In this document: piece after piece, positions 51,054-61,714 of the stretch
Numbering within the stretch: position 1 is the stretch's first letter
Layout: every line of letters starts with the position of its first letter
Assembly (NCBI GenBank): GCA_963677435.1
Contig: OY781945.1
Location: 1,376,001 to 1,440,000 of the forward strand
Direction of reading: 5' to 3'
Length of the DNA stretch: 64,000 nucleotides
Source: an uncultured Aliarcobacter sp.
GTDB lineage: Bacteria; Campylobacterota; Campylobacteria; Campylobacterales; Arcobacteraceae
Notes under the pieces: generated by a model
What the model was told of the DNA's origin: nothing
The model's input: only the letters and a program-made list of their open reading frames with translations
Databases searched by the model: none
Made by a program: the position numbers and the translations under genes

Positions 51054-54000
51054 TAAGCTTGGATTAAAAGAGATAAGATTTATAAACAGTGGCCATTTCC
51101 CTAATGAAAGTATAATAATTGATGATTTTACCCTTTTACTTGGTAGTTCAGGTGTTGGAAAAACAACTGTTATGAGTGCTATTTGTTACTTTTATACTAT
51201 GGATAAATCTAAAACTAGACCACTTGAAAAAGAACTTAGTTTTTATGATTGGCATTTAAAAGGTATCTATGCTCATTTGATTTATATTTATGAAAATAGT
51301 ATTGGAAGAAATGCACTTATTTTAAGTAAAGATGATGGAAAAGTAAAACATACATTTATCAATATTCACAATTATGAAGAAGACCTAAGTACTTTATATT
51401 TAGATTCTGACAAAAGATGTTTGAGTTTAAAAGAGATTTTAGCGAATTGTGTAAAAAAATCTTTGATTTATTATAAAAGTGAAACGGTAGCAACTTTTAG
51501 AAAAATGATGTGTAGAAAAAGTTATAGAATGTTACCAAATAAAGATAAACCTGAATTGGATTTCTCTTTTTATGATAGTGAAGAATCGGCAAATATCTTT
51601 GGTAAATATCTTTTTAATATCTATTCAAATTCATCAGTTAGGGATAAAGGTATCAAAGATATGCTTATTTCACTAATTGGAGAAAAAGAGTATTTTTTAG
51701 ATATTTCAGATTTCAAAAGTAAATTAGCAGATGCCTTAACAAATGTGGCTCATTTTGAACTAATCAAAGATAGAAGAGAAAGGATATTAAGACTTGATGA
51801 TACTGTTATCTCTTATAAAGCTTTGTGTGATGAAATAGACAATATTACTTTTGAACTTGAGACGATTTCTTACAACAAAGATAGAATAAAAACAGTTATA
51901 AGTGATAATCATCTTGATTTATTAACCCATCAAAAAATAAATAGTGATAAAAAAGATGAGCTTTCAAAAGAATGGAAAATTAAATCTAGCACTTACAGTA
52001 CACAAATTTCAGATTTAAATATAGAAATAAAAACAAATAAAGAGACATATAATAATTTTCATGAAAAATATAGAATAGAAAATTTAATAACACAACAAGA
52101 TAGACAAAGTGAATTTGAAAAAAAATTAAATGAACTAAATATCAAAGTAAGTGCAATATCAAGTGATATAAAAGAGTTAGAATCAAAAGAAGAGATAGAA
52201 AAACAAAAGGCTAATTCTTTAATAAATGAGAAAAAAGATAATGAGAAAAAAGAGTTAGATTCTAAAAAAGATAATTTAACTGCTGATATATTAAAACTAT
52301 CAAAAGATAAAGAGATTGAAATTGAAGAGGGTATATCTTCATTTGATAAAGAACTTGAAGTTAAAAATAGTGAATATTATCAACTAGATAAAAAAATATC
52401 TCAAGATGAAACAGCACTTTCATATTTGCCAAAACAAGTATTAGAAAATAGTAATACAAAAAAGTTCAAAGATGAAATTGAAAGATTATCTAATTTTAAA
52501 AACTCTATTGAATCACAAGTTTTAATTTTAGAGAAAGAAAAAGATAATCTTGAAAATGAAAAGAATATAAAATTAAAAGAGACCAATGATAAGATTCAAA
52601 GTGAAGTTAGTGAATATATTAAAATCAAAAATGATATTCAATTAAAAATTGATGAACTAAATGTAAAACTAGATCTAGGAAAAAACAATTTATTTGGATT
52701 TTTAAATAAAAACAAAGTTCCTAATAAAACAAAAATTTTAGCTCTTTGTAGTGATGAGATTTTATTTAAAGAGACAAAATTAAAATTTTCAATAGAAACA
52801 AGTAATGATACTTTTTATGGTCTAAAAATTGATGGTGATGTTGAATCCCTAGCAACTAAATATGAGATTGAAATACTTGAAAATAATAAAGCATCTTTTC
52901 AAAAGCAACGAGATGAATTGGTAGCTAAACATAATATTAAGTATAAAAATTTTCAAGATAATTTAAAAGAAATATCAAATAAATACCAAAAGTTAATACA
53001 AGAAAAATCAAGAGCTACTTATGAATTAACTCCAAAAGTAAAAGATAATGAGATAAAAATATCTAATGAAAGAAAAAGATTAGAAGAAGAAATTATAAGA
53101 TTGAAAGATGAACTTGATAAAAATATTATTGATAAAAAAGAGCATTTTAAAAAAGACAAAGAACAATTATCTTCCCTAAAAGAGTATTTAACAAATATAA
53201 AAGCTAATAAGTTAAATTTTATTTCTGAAATCAATAAAAAATATAGTAGCGAAGATTTTAGATTAAATACAGAATTAAACAAGTGCCAACAAGATATAAA
53301 TAGTATTAATAAAAAATATAAAGAACAAATAGAAGATTCGGATAAAAGAATTCATGAAATATACAATGAAATCAAAAAAAATGAAAATATTAATATAGAA
53401 GAACTCGAATCCTTTCAAAGAACTATTAGAGAATTAGAAAAATCTATTAAAGATATTAATAATAATAGAGCTTTAGTTGCAAGATATAAGGATGAGGTAT
53501 TACCAAAGTATAATAAAATTCCTTTTTTAAAGGAGCAATATGCCCAAATAATCAAACAAAGAGACAATGACAGAGATTATTTTGAAAAAGAGATTGCAGT
53601 TCTTGATGAAAAATTAAATGAAATAGAAAAAAATATTGATATTTGGAAAAGTTATGCTGAATCATTTAAAACTTTTGAACTTGAAATTTCTGAAGTAAAT
53701 TCAAATAAAACCTATGAAGCTTACAGTGATGATGAAATAAAACTTTTACTTAATAGTAAAAAGAATATTAATATACTTGAAAGATTTAAAACTCTTATAA
53801 ATCAACAAAGTGAAAAAGAAAAAACTATCATACTTGAAACTGGAAAAATAATTGATGGAATTCCATCTGATAATATGATGAAATTAAAAACAAAATTTGA
53901 CATAAATAGTTTTGAAGATAATATAGACCAGTATATTGTAATAGCAAAATCATATGCAGATTTTATTAAAACAAAATTTGATATAGAAGGAACGAGCCTA

Positions 54001-54741
54001 CAATTACACCGATTAATAGAAGCTATAAATGATGCTGTAAGTAAAATATCTCATATAAAAGGAACTTTTAATAGTATTGTAAAAGATGTAAATAAAATAA
54101 ACCTAACAATGAACAAAGGGATTGAAAATATTGCTGTAATTGATTCTATAAAATTAAATTTCAAAAATACAGGAAAAGATGAAATAGTAACAAGTATTGA
54201 AAGTATTGGAGATATGTTAAGTGCTAATATGTTGATTGGATATGAAAACAGCCACAGATCTGAACAAGTAAAAAATGAACTTGTAAAAATAGCCCAAGAT
54301 TTACAAATAGTTCTTGAAAAAACATTTAAAAAAAATATTACAGTTGCAGATATTAGTACTTTAACCTTTGATGTTAGTGAAAATGCTCAAGTAACAAAAG
54401 GAATTGCAACCCTTGATAGTGTAGGAAGTAATGGAACATCTATTATGATAAAAGCCATTATTTATATAACTTTACTTCGTATGGTTGCAAATAAATTTAC
54501 AAATAGTGAAGATATAAAATATCATTGTATCATCGATGAAATAGGGCAAATATCAGCAGATTATTTTACAGAGTTAATGAAATATGCAAGACATTTAGAG
54601 TTTGTATTTATAAATGGAACAGCTGCTAATGATGATGATATTATTGAAGCATATCCAAGAATATACATGGGGACAAGAGAAAGCTCAAATCATGTAGAAC
54701 TTAATTTAATAGATGCCCGAAATGCAATGGAAGATTGGTAA
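51043..54741 (+). CDS. SMC-family ATPase (Mks/JetC-like)
   Basis: Walker A GSSGVGKTT, two long coiled-coil arms around a central globular region, variant signature GSNGT and Walker B IIDEIG; 1232 aa. Confidence 0.88.
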   Translation: MNYNKLGLKEIRFINSGHFPNESIIIDDFTLLLGSSGVGKTTVMSAICYFYTMDKSKTRPLEKELSFYDWHLKGIYAHLIYIYENSIGRNALILSKDDGKVKHTFINIHNYEEDLSTLYLDSDKRCLSLKEILANCVKKSLIYYKSETVATFRKMMCRKSYRMLPNKDKPELDFSFYDSEESANIFGKYLFNIYSNSSVRDKGIKDMLISLIGEKEYFLDISDFKSKLADALTNVAHFELIKDRRERILRLDDTVISYKALCDEIDNITFELETISYNKDRIKTVISDNHLDLLTHQKINSDKKDELSKEWKIKSSTYSTQISDLNIEIKTNKETYNNFHEKYRIENLITQQDRQSEFEKKLNELNIKVSAISSDIKELESKEEIEKQKANSLINEKKDNEKKELDSKKDNLTADILKLSKDKEIEIEEGISSFDKELEVKNSEYYQLDKKISQDETALSYLPKQVLENSNTKKFKDEIERLSNFKNSIESQVLILEKEKDNLENEKNIKLKETNDKIQSEVSEYIKIKNDIQLKIDELNVKLDLGKNNLFGFLNKNKVPNKTKILALCSDEILFKETKLKFSIETSNDTFYGLKIDGDVESLATKYEIEILENNKASFQKQRDELVAKHNIKYKNFQDNLKEISNKYQKLIQEKSRATYELTPKVKDNEIKISNERKRLEEEIIRLKDELDKNIIDKKEHFKKDKEQLSSLKEYLTNIKANKLNFISEINKKYSSEDFRLNTELNKCQQDINSINKKYKEQIEDSDKRIHEIYNEIKKNENINIEELESFQRTIRELEKSIKDINNNRALVARYKDEVLPKYNKIPFLKEQYAQIIKQRDNDRDYFEKEIAVLDEKLNEIEKNIDIWKSYAESFKTFELEISEVNSNKTYEAYSDDEIKLLLNSKKNINILERFKTLINQQSEKEKTIILETGKIIDGIPSDNMMKLKTKFDINSFEDNIDQYIVIAKSYADFIKTKFDIEGTSLQLHRLIEAINDAVSKISHIKGTFNSIVKDVNKINLTMNKGIENIAVIDSIKLNFKNTGKDEIVTSIESIGDMLSANMLIGYENSHRSEQVKNELVKIAQDLQIVLEKTFKKNITVADISTLTFDVSENAQVTKGIATLDSVGSNGTSIMIKAIIYITLLRMVANKFTNSEDIKYHCIIDEIGQISADYFTELMKYARHLEFVFINGTAANDDDIIEAYPRIYMGTRESSNHVELNLIDARNAMEDW

Positions 54742-55622
54742 TGCCAATTAATATAACTATTAATAACTTCAAAGCTATAAAAATACTTCTAAGAGATAAA
54801 TATATAGCCAAAAGCCTTTTTACTTCTAAAAAACTCTTAGAAGAGTTTATAGGATGCAATTGCGTGTATATTAGTGGAAAACCACAACAAATATATTTAA
54901 ATGATGAAGAAGCACTTTTTGGAGTGATTAAAACAAATGGATATAAGGTAAATTCTATAGAAGATTTAGATTATTTTATAGAGCAAAATGAGAATCCTAA
55001 AAGTCGTGATGAAATCGCAGATAATTATTCCCATACAAAAAGAGTTGAATCAAAAAGTTTTAATGGTCTAATGATAAATGTACTTGATAAACTAGAAGTT
55101 ACATGTAATGATAAAAAACAATATTTCTATGCAATGGAAGGGATGGGTTTATTTATACATTATACTTCAAAACTACAACTAGACGATGAGGTAATTGTTG
55201 TTGGCGTAGAAAATCCTCAAGTAGTGTGGTATATAAATAAATATAAACACCTATTTAATAAAGAAAAAAAGTATCTATTTTTATGTATAAGTGAATACAA
55301 AACAACTTATCAATATAAATGGCTTGAATCTTTTTTGGGAGAATATCTTCATTTTGGAGATTTTGATTTAGCAGGTATTAATATTTATCTTAACACAATC
55401 GTTCCCAAATTAAAAAATTGCAAATCACACTCTTATTTGATACCAGATGATATTTATGAAAAAATCAAAAAAAGAAATTATCAAAAAGATTATTCAAATC
55501 AAACGAGATATTTGAATATAGAATCAAAATTTGAACCTAAGTTACAAGAGTTAATATCTTTTATAAAAGATACTAAATCAACTTTTGAGCAGGAAATGTT
55601 AAAAAAGGATATTGATTATTAA
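54741..55622 (+). CDS. Toprim-domain protein (MksG/JetD-like nuclease)
   Basis: VVGVENP (Toprim Glu), YLHFGDFDLAGINIY (DxD) and C-terminal FEQE; TAATG overlap with the SMC stop. Confidence 0.8.
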   Translation: MPINITINNFKAIKILLRDKYIAKSLFTSKKLLEEFIGCNCVYISGKPQQIYLNDEEALFGVIKTNGYKVNSIEDLDYFIEQNENPKSRDEIADNYSHTKRVESKSFNGLMINVLDKLEVTCNDKKQYFYAMEGMGLFIHYTSKLQLDDEVIVVGVENPQVVWYINKYKHLFNKEKKYLFLCISEYKTTYQYKWLESFLGEYLHFGDFDLAGINIYLNTIVPKLKNCKSHSYLIPDDIYEKIKKRNYQKDYSNQTRYLNIESKFEPKLQELISFIKDTKSTFEQEMLKKDIDY

Positions 55623-55626
55623 GTCT

Positions 55627-55661
55627 AGAAAAAAAGAGAAAGTATATTTTCTTTTTTTTCT
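55627..55661 (+). terminator. Weak imperfect hairpin after the SMC operon
   Basis: AGAAAAAAAGAGAAA-GTATAT-TTTCTTTTTTTTCT. Confidence 0.4.
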
Positions 55662-55789
55662 TTAAAGTTTGTTCAAAATTGCAAATTTAAAATAAATGAG
55701 CCTAATAATATGTAAAATAGATTAATAAATTACAAGGAAATTATTATAAACTAAAAGATATTATAGTTATAATAGAATTATATTAATTA

Positions 55790-56422
55790 TTGGGAAAAAC
55801 ATTGGAAGAAAAAAATATAGTTTGGCATGATACAAATATAACTAAAAATGACAGAAATAGTTTATTAAATCAAAAACCTTGTGTATTGTGGTTTACAGGA
55901 CTTAGTGGAAGTGGAAAGTCAACAATTGCAAATGCTGTTGAAAAAAAATTATTTAATAAAAGTAGAAAAACATATTTACTTGATGGAGATAATGTTAGGC
56001 ATGGTTTAAATAAAGATTTAGGTTTCCTTGAATCCGATAGGATTGAAAATATAAGAAGAATAGGTGAAGTAAGTAAACTTTTTGTAGATGCAGGTCTCAT
56101 TGTATTAACGGCTTTTATTAGCCCTTTTAAAAGTGATAGACAAATAGCAAAGAGTTTAGTCGGATATGATGAATTTATAGAAATATTTATTGATACTCCT
56201 CTTGAAATTTGTGAAGAAAGAGATTCAAAAGGGTTTTATAAAAAAGCTAGAAGTGGCGCAATTAAAAATTTTACAGGAATAGATTCTCCTTATGAAAAAC
56301 CAGAAAATCCGCAAATTCACATACAAACAGTTAAAAATACTATAGAAGAATGTGTAGATATTATAATAAATCATTTAATTAAATTTGGTTATATAGAAGA
56401 AAATAATGATTATGCAATTTAG
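55790..56422 (+). CDS. cysC: Adenylyl-sulfate kinase
   Basis: WFTGLSGSGKST, LDGDNVRHGL, AFISP and FTGIDSPYE. Confidence 0.95.
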   Translation: MGKTLEEKNIVWHDTNITKNDRNSLLNQKPCVLWFTGLSGSGKSTIANAVEKKLFNKSRKTYLLDGDNVRHGLNKDLGFLESDRIENIRRIGEVSKLFVDAGLIVLTAFISPFKSDRQIAKSLVGYDEFIEIFIDTPLEICEERDSKGFYKKARSGAIKNFTGIDSPYEKPENPQIHIQTVKNTIEECVDIIINHLIKFGYIEENNDYAI

Positions 56423-56472
56423 TGGAATTTATAAAGAAAGTATAAAAATTAATTTTACAAGAGGATTTTACA

Positions 56473-57048
56473 TTGAATTTTATAAGAACTACAATTCCTG
56501 ATGTAATAATTTGTGAACCTGAAATATTTGCAGATGAAAGAGGATATTTTGTTGAGACATTTAGAGAAGATAAATTAGAAAAATTTTTAGGATTTAAAGT
56601 AAACTTTTGCCAAGATAGTGAAAGTAAGTCTTCTTATGGAGTATTAAGAGGACTTCATTATCAAATACCACCTTATGCTCAAACCAAATTAGTAAGAGTT
56701 ATTAAAGGAAAAGTTTTAGATATAGCCATTGATATAAGGGAAGGTAGCCCTACTTTTGGAGAATATACAGCAGTAGAATTAAGTGAAGATAATAAAAGAC
56801 AACTTTTTATTCCTATAGGATTTGCTCATGGCTTTGTGGTTTTATCTGAAGATGCAATTTTTACATATAAAGTAGATAGTTACTATTACCCTGAGTTTGA
56901 AAGAGGAATAGCTTTTGATGACAAGGATATAAATATAAATTGGCAAATCAATCAATCTAAATTACAACTATCTTTAAAAGATACGAAGCAACCTAAATTT
57001 AAGGATATAAAAGAGCTATTTAAATTTGAGTTAAATTACTATGTCTAA
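56473..57048 (+). CDS. rfbC: dTDP-4-dehydrorhamnose 3,5-epimerase
   Basis: DERGYF, GVLRGLHYQ, QTKLVRV and GFAHGF. Confidence 0.95.
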   Translation: MNFIRTTIPDVIICEPEIFADERGYFVETFREDKLEKFLGFKVNFCQDSESKSSYGVLRGLHYQIPPYAQTKLVRVIKGKVLDIAIDIREGSPTFGEYTAVELSEDNKRQLFIPIGFAHGFVVLSEDAIFTYKVDSYYYPEFERGIAFDDKDININWQINQSKLQLSLKDTKQPKFKDIKELFKFELNYYV

Positions 57049-57913
57049 TCTAAAGATATTAGTTACTGGTTCAACTGGACAATTAGGAAGTGAAATAAAA
57101 GAATTGTCATCAAAATATCCTTATGATTTTTTTTTTACAAATAGAATAAGTTTAGATATAACAAATAAAGAAAAAATAAAAATTTTTTGTCAAACTAATA
57201 AAATAAATGTAATAGTTAATTGTGCAGCATATACAGCAGTTGATAAAGCAGAAAAAGATGAAAAGAATGCCGATATAGTAAATAGAAAAGCTATAAAAAA
57301 ATTGGCATTAGTTTCTAAAAAACTTAATATAAAATTAATACATATTAGTACAGATTATGTATTTGATGGTAAGAATTTTAAGCCATACTGTGAAGAGTAT
57401 CAAGTTAATCCTCAAAGTGTGTATGGTAAAACAAAACTTGAAGGTGAAAAAGAACTAATAAATATAAATCCCAGAAATTCTATAATTATAAGAACTTCTT
57501 GGTTATATAGCTATTATGGAAATAACTTTGTAAAGACTATGCTAAGACTTGGCAAAGAAAAAGATTTTTTAGAAATAATTTTTGATCAAATAGGTACTCC
57601 TACTTATGCAAGAGATTTAGGTAAATTAATTTTAGATATTGTATCAAAAATACAAAATGAAAAAGTTGAGATTTATAATTATTCAAATGAGGGAGTAGTG
57701 TCTTGGTATGATTTTGCTAAAGAGATAATGAAAATGTCAAAGTTAGATTGTAAAATAAATCCAATAGAAACTTATCAGTATCCTACTCTAGCCACAAGAC
57801 CATATCTTTCTTTATTAAATAAATCAAAAATAAAACAAAAGTTCAATATAAATATTCCGTATTGGAAAGATAGTTTAGACGATTGTTTAAGAAGATTAGA
57901 AGAGAGAAAATAA
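57041..57913 (+). CDS. rfbD: dTDP-4-dehydrorhamnose reductase
   Basis: TGSTGQLG, NCAAYTAVDKAE, STDYVFDG and YGKTKLEGE. Confidence 0.95.
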   Translation: MSNLKILVTGSTGQLGSEIKELSSKYPYDFFFTNRISLDITNKEKIKIFCQTNKINVIVNCAAYTAVDKAEKDEKNADIVNRKAIKKLALVSKKLNIKLIHISTDYVFDGKNFKPYCEEYQVNPQSVYGKTKLEGEKELININPRNSIIIRTSWLYSYYGNNFVKTMLRLGKEKDFLEIIFDQIGTPTYARDLGKLILDIVSKIQNEKVEIYNYSNEGVVSWYDFAKEIMKMSKLDCKINPIETYQYPTLATRPYLSLLNKSKIKQKFNINIPYWKDSLDDCLRRLEERK

Positions 57914-58133
57914 ATCTTTAATAATAATGCAAAAATACTGATAATGGGATACAACAAATTTTAATTAGGTATAAAATCATATATTAATTTATAAAAGGTA
58001 AATATTTACTAAATTTAATATCAAATGGGATTCTTCTTAGAGAATAAAAAGTAATGAAAATGTATAATTTAAAATATTTCCTATATAATAAATATTATAT
58101 ATTTTATAAGAATTAAATGATTTGGAGATGTAA

Positions 58134-59474
58134 TTGACTAACATAATATTATGTGGTGGTAGTGGCACAAGACTTTGGCCGATGAGTAGAACACTATTTC
58201 CAAAACAATTTATAAGACTTTTTGATAATAAATCTTTATTCCAATTAACTGTGGAACGTAATAAATTTTTTTGTGATAAAGAACTTATTGTGTCAAATGC
58301 AGAACAATATTTTTTGGCAATTGATCAATTAGAAGAGTTAAAAGAAGAAAATAGTTCTTATATTCTTGAACCCATAGGTCGAAATACAGCTCCCGCTATT
58401 GCTTTAGCTTGTATGAGTCTTGAGAAAGATGAAATTGTATTTGTAACCCCAAGTGATCATTTAATAAAAAATAAAAAAGAATATGAAAAAGTAGTGCAAG
58501 AAGCAAAAGAATTTGTAAATAATGGATTTTTAGTAACTTTTGGTATAACACCAACTTTTGCAGAGACAGGATATGGATATATAGAAGCTATAGGAAATGA
58601 CGTAAAAGCATTTCATGAAAAACCAGAATATAAAACAGCTCAAAAATATTTTGAAGGAGGTAATTATTACTGGAATTCTGGAATGTTTATGTTTAAAGCA
58701 GGAGTATTTTTAGAAGAACTTAAAAAATATTCTTTGAGTATTTATCAATCATCAAAAATAGCATTTGAAAATGCAAAAAAAGAAAATATTATAAGAATAA
58801 AATATGAAGATATGATAAATATTAATGAAGATAGTATTGATTATGCAGTAATGGAAAAATCACATAAGGTAAAAGTAATACCTTCAAATATAGAGTGGTC
58901 AGATGTTGGTACCTTTGATTCTCTGTCAAATGAATTACCAAATGATGAGAATAATAATTTTATTATCTCAGAAAAACATGTTTCTATAATTGATTTAAAA
59001 GATTTGATTATAATAGATACAAATGATGCATTATTAATTTCTAAAAAAGGATCAACTCAAAAAGTTAAAAATGTAGTTGATAATTTAAAAATTTGTAGTG
59101 ATAAATTGACATCAGAACATTCAATGATTTATCGACCATGGGGTACATATACTGTTCTTGAAGATTCAAATGGATATAAAATTAAAAAAATATGTGTTAA
59201 ACCAGGATCTAGATTAAGCTTACAAAAGCATTTTCACAGAAATGAACACTGGATAGTATTAAGTGGATGTGCAACTATTACAAAAGGTTCAGAAAAGTTT
59301 ATTTTAAATCCAAATGAAAGTACTTATATAAAAGCAGGACAACTTCATAGATTGGAAAATGAAGGTAAATTGCCACTTGTAATAATAGAAGCTCAAGTAG
59401 GTGAATACACAGGGGAAGATGATATCGTAAGAATTGAAGATGATTTTAGTAGAGAGGATAGTAAATATGTCTGA
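58134..59474 (+). CDS. manC: Mannose-1-phosphate guanylyltransferase/mannose-6-phosphate isomerase
   Basis: [30 protein letters not shown] and [12 protein letters not shown] cupin. Confidence 0.95.
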   Translation: MTNIILCGGSGTRLWPMSRTLFPKQFIRLFDNKSLFQLTVERNKFFCDKELIVSNAEQYFLAIDQLEELKEENSSYILEPIGRNTAPAIALACMSLEKDEIVFVTPSDHLIKNKKEYEKVVQEAKEFVNNGFLVTFGITPTFAETGYGYIEAIGNDVKAFHEKPEYKTAQKYFEGGNYYWNSGMFMFKAGVFLEELKKYSLSIYQSSKIAFENAKKENIIRIKYEDMININEDSIDYAVMEKSHKVKVIPSNIEWSDVGTFDSLSNELPNDENNNFIISEKHVSIIDLKDLIIIDTNDALLISKKGSTQKVKNVVDNLKICSDKLTSEHSMIYRPWGTYTVLEDSNGYKIKKICVKPGSRLSLQKHFHRNEHWIVLSGCATITKGSEKFILNPNESTYIKAGQLHRLENEGKLPLVIIEAQVGEYTGEDDIVRIEDDFSREDSKYV

Positions 59475-60612
59475 AAAAAAAATTGCTTTAATAACAGGAA
59501 TAACTGGACAAGATGGTAGCTATCTTGCCGAATTTCTTTTAAAGAAAGGTTATATAGTACATGGTATAAAACGAAGAACTTCTCTTTTTAATACAGATAG
59601 AATAGATCATTTATATCAAGATCCTCATATTGAAAATAGAAATTTTATACTTCATTATGGAGATATGACAGATAGTATGAATCTAACAAAAATTATACAA
59701 GAAACAAAACCAGATGAGATATATAATCTTGCAGCAATGAGTCATGTTGCAGTTTCATTTGAAACACCAGAATATGTTGCTAATACTGATGGTATTGGAA
59801 CACTGAGATTACTTGAATCTGTACGATTACTTGGACTTGAAAAAAAGACAAAGTTATATCAAGCTAGTACTAGTGAACTCTATGGAAAAGTTCAAGAGAT
59901 ACCTCAAACTGAAACTACTCCTTTTTATCCAAGAAGTCCTTATGCTGTAGCAAAAATGTATGCGTACTGGATAACTGTAAATTATAGGGAAGCATATGAT
60001 ATATTTGCTTGTAATGGGATATTATTTAATCATGAATCACCAATAAGAGGTGAAACCTTTGTAACAAGAAAAATTACAAGAGCAACCAGTAAAATAGTAC
60101 TTAACCTTCAAGATAAACTTTATCTTGGGAATTTAGATGCAAAAAGAGATTGGGGACATGCTAAAGATTATGTAAAAATGATGTGGATGATATTACAAGC
60201 TGATGAACCAGAAGATTGGGTAATAGCAACAGGTCAAACCACAGCAGTACGAGATTTTGTAAAATTTGCATTTGAATATGTTGGAATAAATTTGAAATTT
60301 GAAAATACTGGCATAGATGAAGTTGGAATTATAGATTCTTTTGATAAAGAAAAATTAGAGAACCTTAAGATAGATTTATCTCATCTTAAAATAGGAGATA
60401 CTTTAGTATGTGTTGATCCAAAATATTTCAGACCAACTGAAGTTGATATACTTTTAGGAGATCCCTCTAAGGCAGAAAAAAAACTTGGTTGGAATAGGGA
60501 ATATAATTTACAAGATTTGGTAAATGATATGATGGCAAGTGATTTAAAATTAATGACAAAAGAACAATATCTCAAAGATGGTGGTTACAAAATAATGAAT
60601 TATTTTGAATAG
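59467..60612 (+). CDS. gmd: GDP-mannose 4,6-dehydratase
   Basis: [24 protein letters not shown] and FNHESP. Start moved to ATG 59467 behind an AGGA RBS. Confidence 0.97.
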   Translation: MSEKKIALITGITGQDGSYLAEFLLKKGYIVHGIKRRTSLFNTDRIDHLYQDPHIENRNFILHYGDMTDSMNLTKIIQETKPDEIYNLAAMSHVAVSFETPEYVANTDGIGTLRLLESVRLLGLEKKTKLYQASTSELYGKVQEIPQTETTPFYPRSPYAVAKMYAYWITVNYREAYDIFACNGILFNHESPIRGETFVTRKITRATSKIVLNLQDKLYLGNLDAKRDWGHAKDYVKMMWMILQADEPEDWVIATGQTTAVRDFVKFAFEYVGINLKFENTGIDEVGIIDSFDKEKLENLKIDLSHLKIGDTLVCVDPKYFRPTEVDILLGDPSKAEKKLGWNREYNLQDLVNDMMASDLKLMTKEQYLKDGGYKIMNYFE

Positions 60613-60620
60613 AGTTTTGA

Positions 60621-61667
60621 GTGAAAAAAAATAATAAAATATATATTGCTGGACATAGTGGTTTAGTAGGTAGTGCAATATTTAAAAATATACAAGAAAA
60701 AGGTTACACTAATCTTATATATAAAACTCATGATGAATTAGATTTAACAAATCAATTTGCTGTAAAAGAGTTTTTTGAATTAGAAAAACCAGAATATGTA
60801 ATATTAGCTGCTGCTAAAGTAGGTGGAATAGTTGCAAATAGTAAATATAGAGCAGATTTTATATATGAAAATCTTCAAATACAAAATAATGTGATACATC
60901 AAAGTTATTTAAATAATGTTAAGAAATTATTGTTTTTAGGAAGCAGTTGTATTTATCCCAAAGAATCTCCACAACCAATTAGTGAAGATTGTTTATTAGA
61001 AAGTTCTTTAGAATATACAAATGAGCCATATGCTATAGCAAAAATAGCTGGAATTAAAATGTGTGAAAGTTATAATCTTCAATATGGCACAAATTATATT
61101 TCAGTAATGCCTACTAATCTTTATGGCCCAAATGATAACTTTGATTTAGAAACCTCTCATGTCCTTCCTGCTTTAATACGAAAAATACATTTGGCAAAAC
61201 TTCTAGATGAAAAGAAATATGATGATGTAATAAGAGATTTAGGTGTAAATAACTCTACTGAAGCAGAAGAATATCTTATGAAATTTGGTGTAAGCGCAGA
61301 ACAAGTAGAAATATGGGGTACAGGAAATCCACGACGCGAGTTTTTATATAGTGAAGATATGGCTGATGCTTGTATATTTTTATTAGAAAATAAAGATTTT
61401 AAAGATACTTATAATAAAAATGATAAAGAGATAAAAAATACACACATTAATATAGGTACAGGAAAAGATTTATCCATAAAAGAACTTTCAGAATTAATCA
61501 AAGAAATTATTGGATATAAAGGTAAACTTTTTTTTAATACAGATAAACCAGATGGAACAATGTTAAAATTAATTAATACTCAAAAATTAGATAATCTAGG
61601 ATGGAAGTATAGTATGGAATTGAATAAAGGAATACAACAAGTTTATCAATGGTATTTAAGTAAATAA
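60621..61667 (+). CDS. fcl: GDP-L-fucose synthase
   Basis: GHSGLVG, AAAKVGGI, GSSCIYP, YAIAK and PTNLYGP. Confidence 0.95.
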   Translation: MKKNNKIYIAGHSGLVGSAIFKNIQEKGYTNLIYKTHDELDLTNQFAVKEFFELEKPEYVILAAAKVGGIVANSKYRADFIYENLQIQNNVIHQSYLNNVKKLLFLGSSCIYPKESPQPISEDCLLESSLEYTNEPYAIAKIAGIKMCESYNLQYGTNYISVMPTNLYGPNDNFDLETSHVLPALIRKIHLAKLLDEKKYDDVIRDLGVNNSTEAEEYLMKFGVSAEQVEIWGTGNPRREFLYSEDMADACIFLLENKDFKDTYNKNDKEIKNTHINIGTGKDLSIKELSELIKEIIGYKGKLFFNTDKPDGTMLKLINTQKLDNLGWKYSMELNKGIQQVYQWYLSK

Positions 61668-61714
61668 TGAAAATTGTATGATACTTGGTTTACTTTTTAT
61701 AGGAGAAATTAATT

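Noticed and set aside
51043..54741. Housekeeping SMC, RecN or SbcC
   Set aside because: No scpAB or sbcD neighbours, no CxxC hook seen, a non-canonical signature, and coupling to a Toprim gene in an accessory region.
57127..57136. T10 tract in rfbD as a phase-variation switch
   Set aside because: In frame, and A/T runs are common at this composition. I saw no long poly-G/C tracts of the Campylobacter contingency type in the window.
1589..60575. Other short ORF-track entries overlapping called genes on the opposite strand (e.g. 1589-1816, 20523-20888, 25271-25993, 38831-39166, 53019-53282)
   Set aside because: They lie within well-supported CDSs and have no recognisable motifs.
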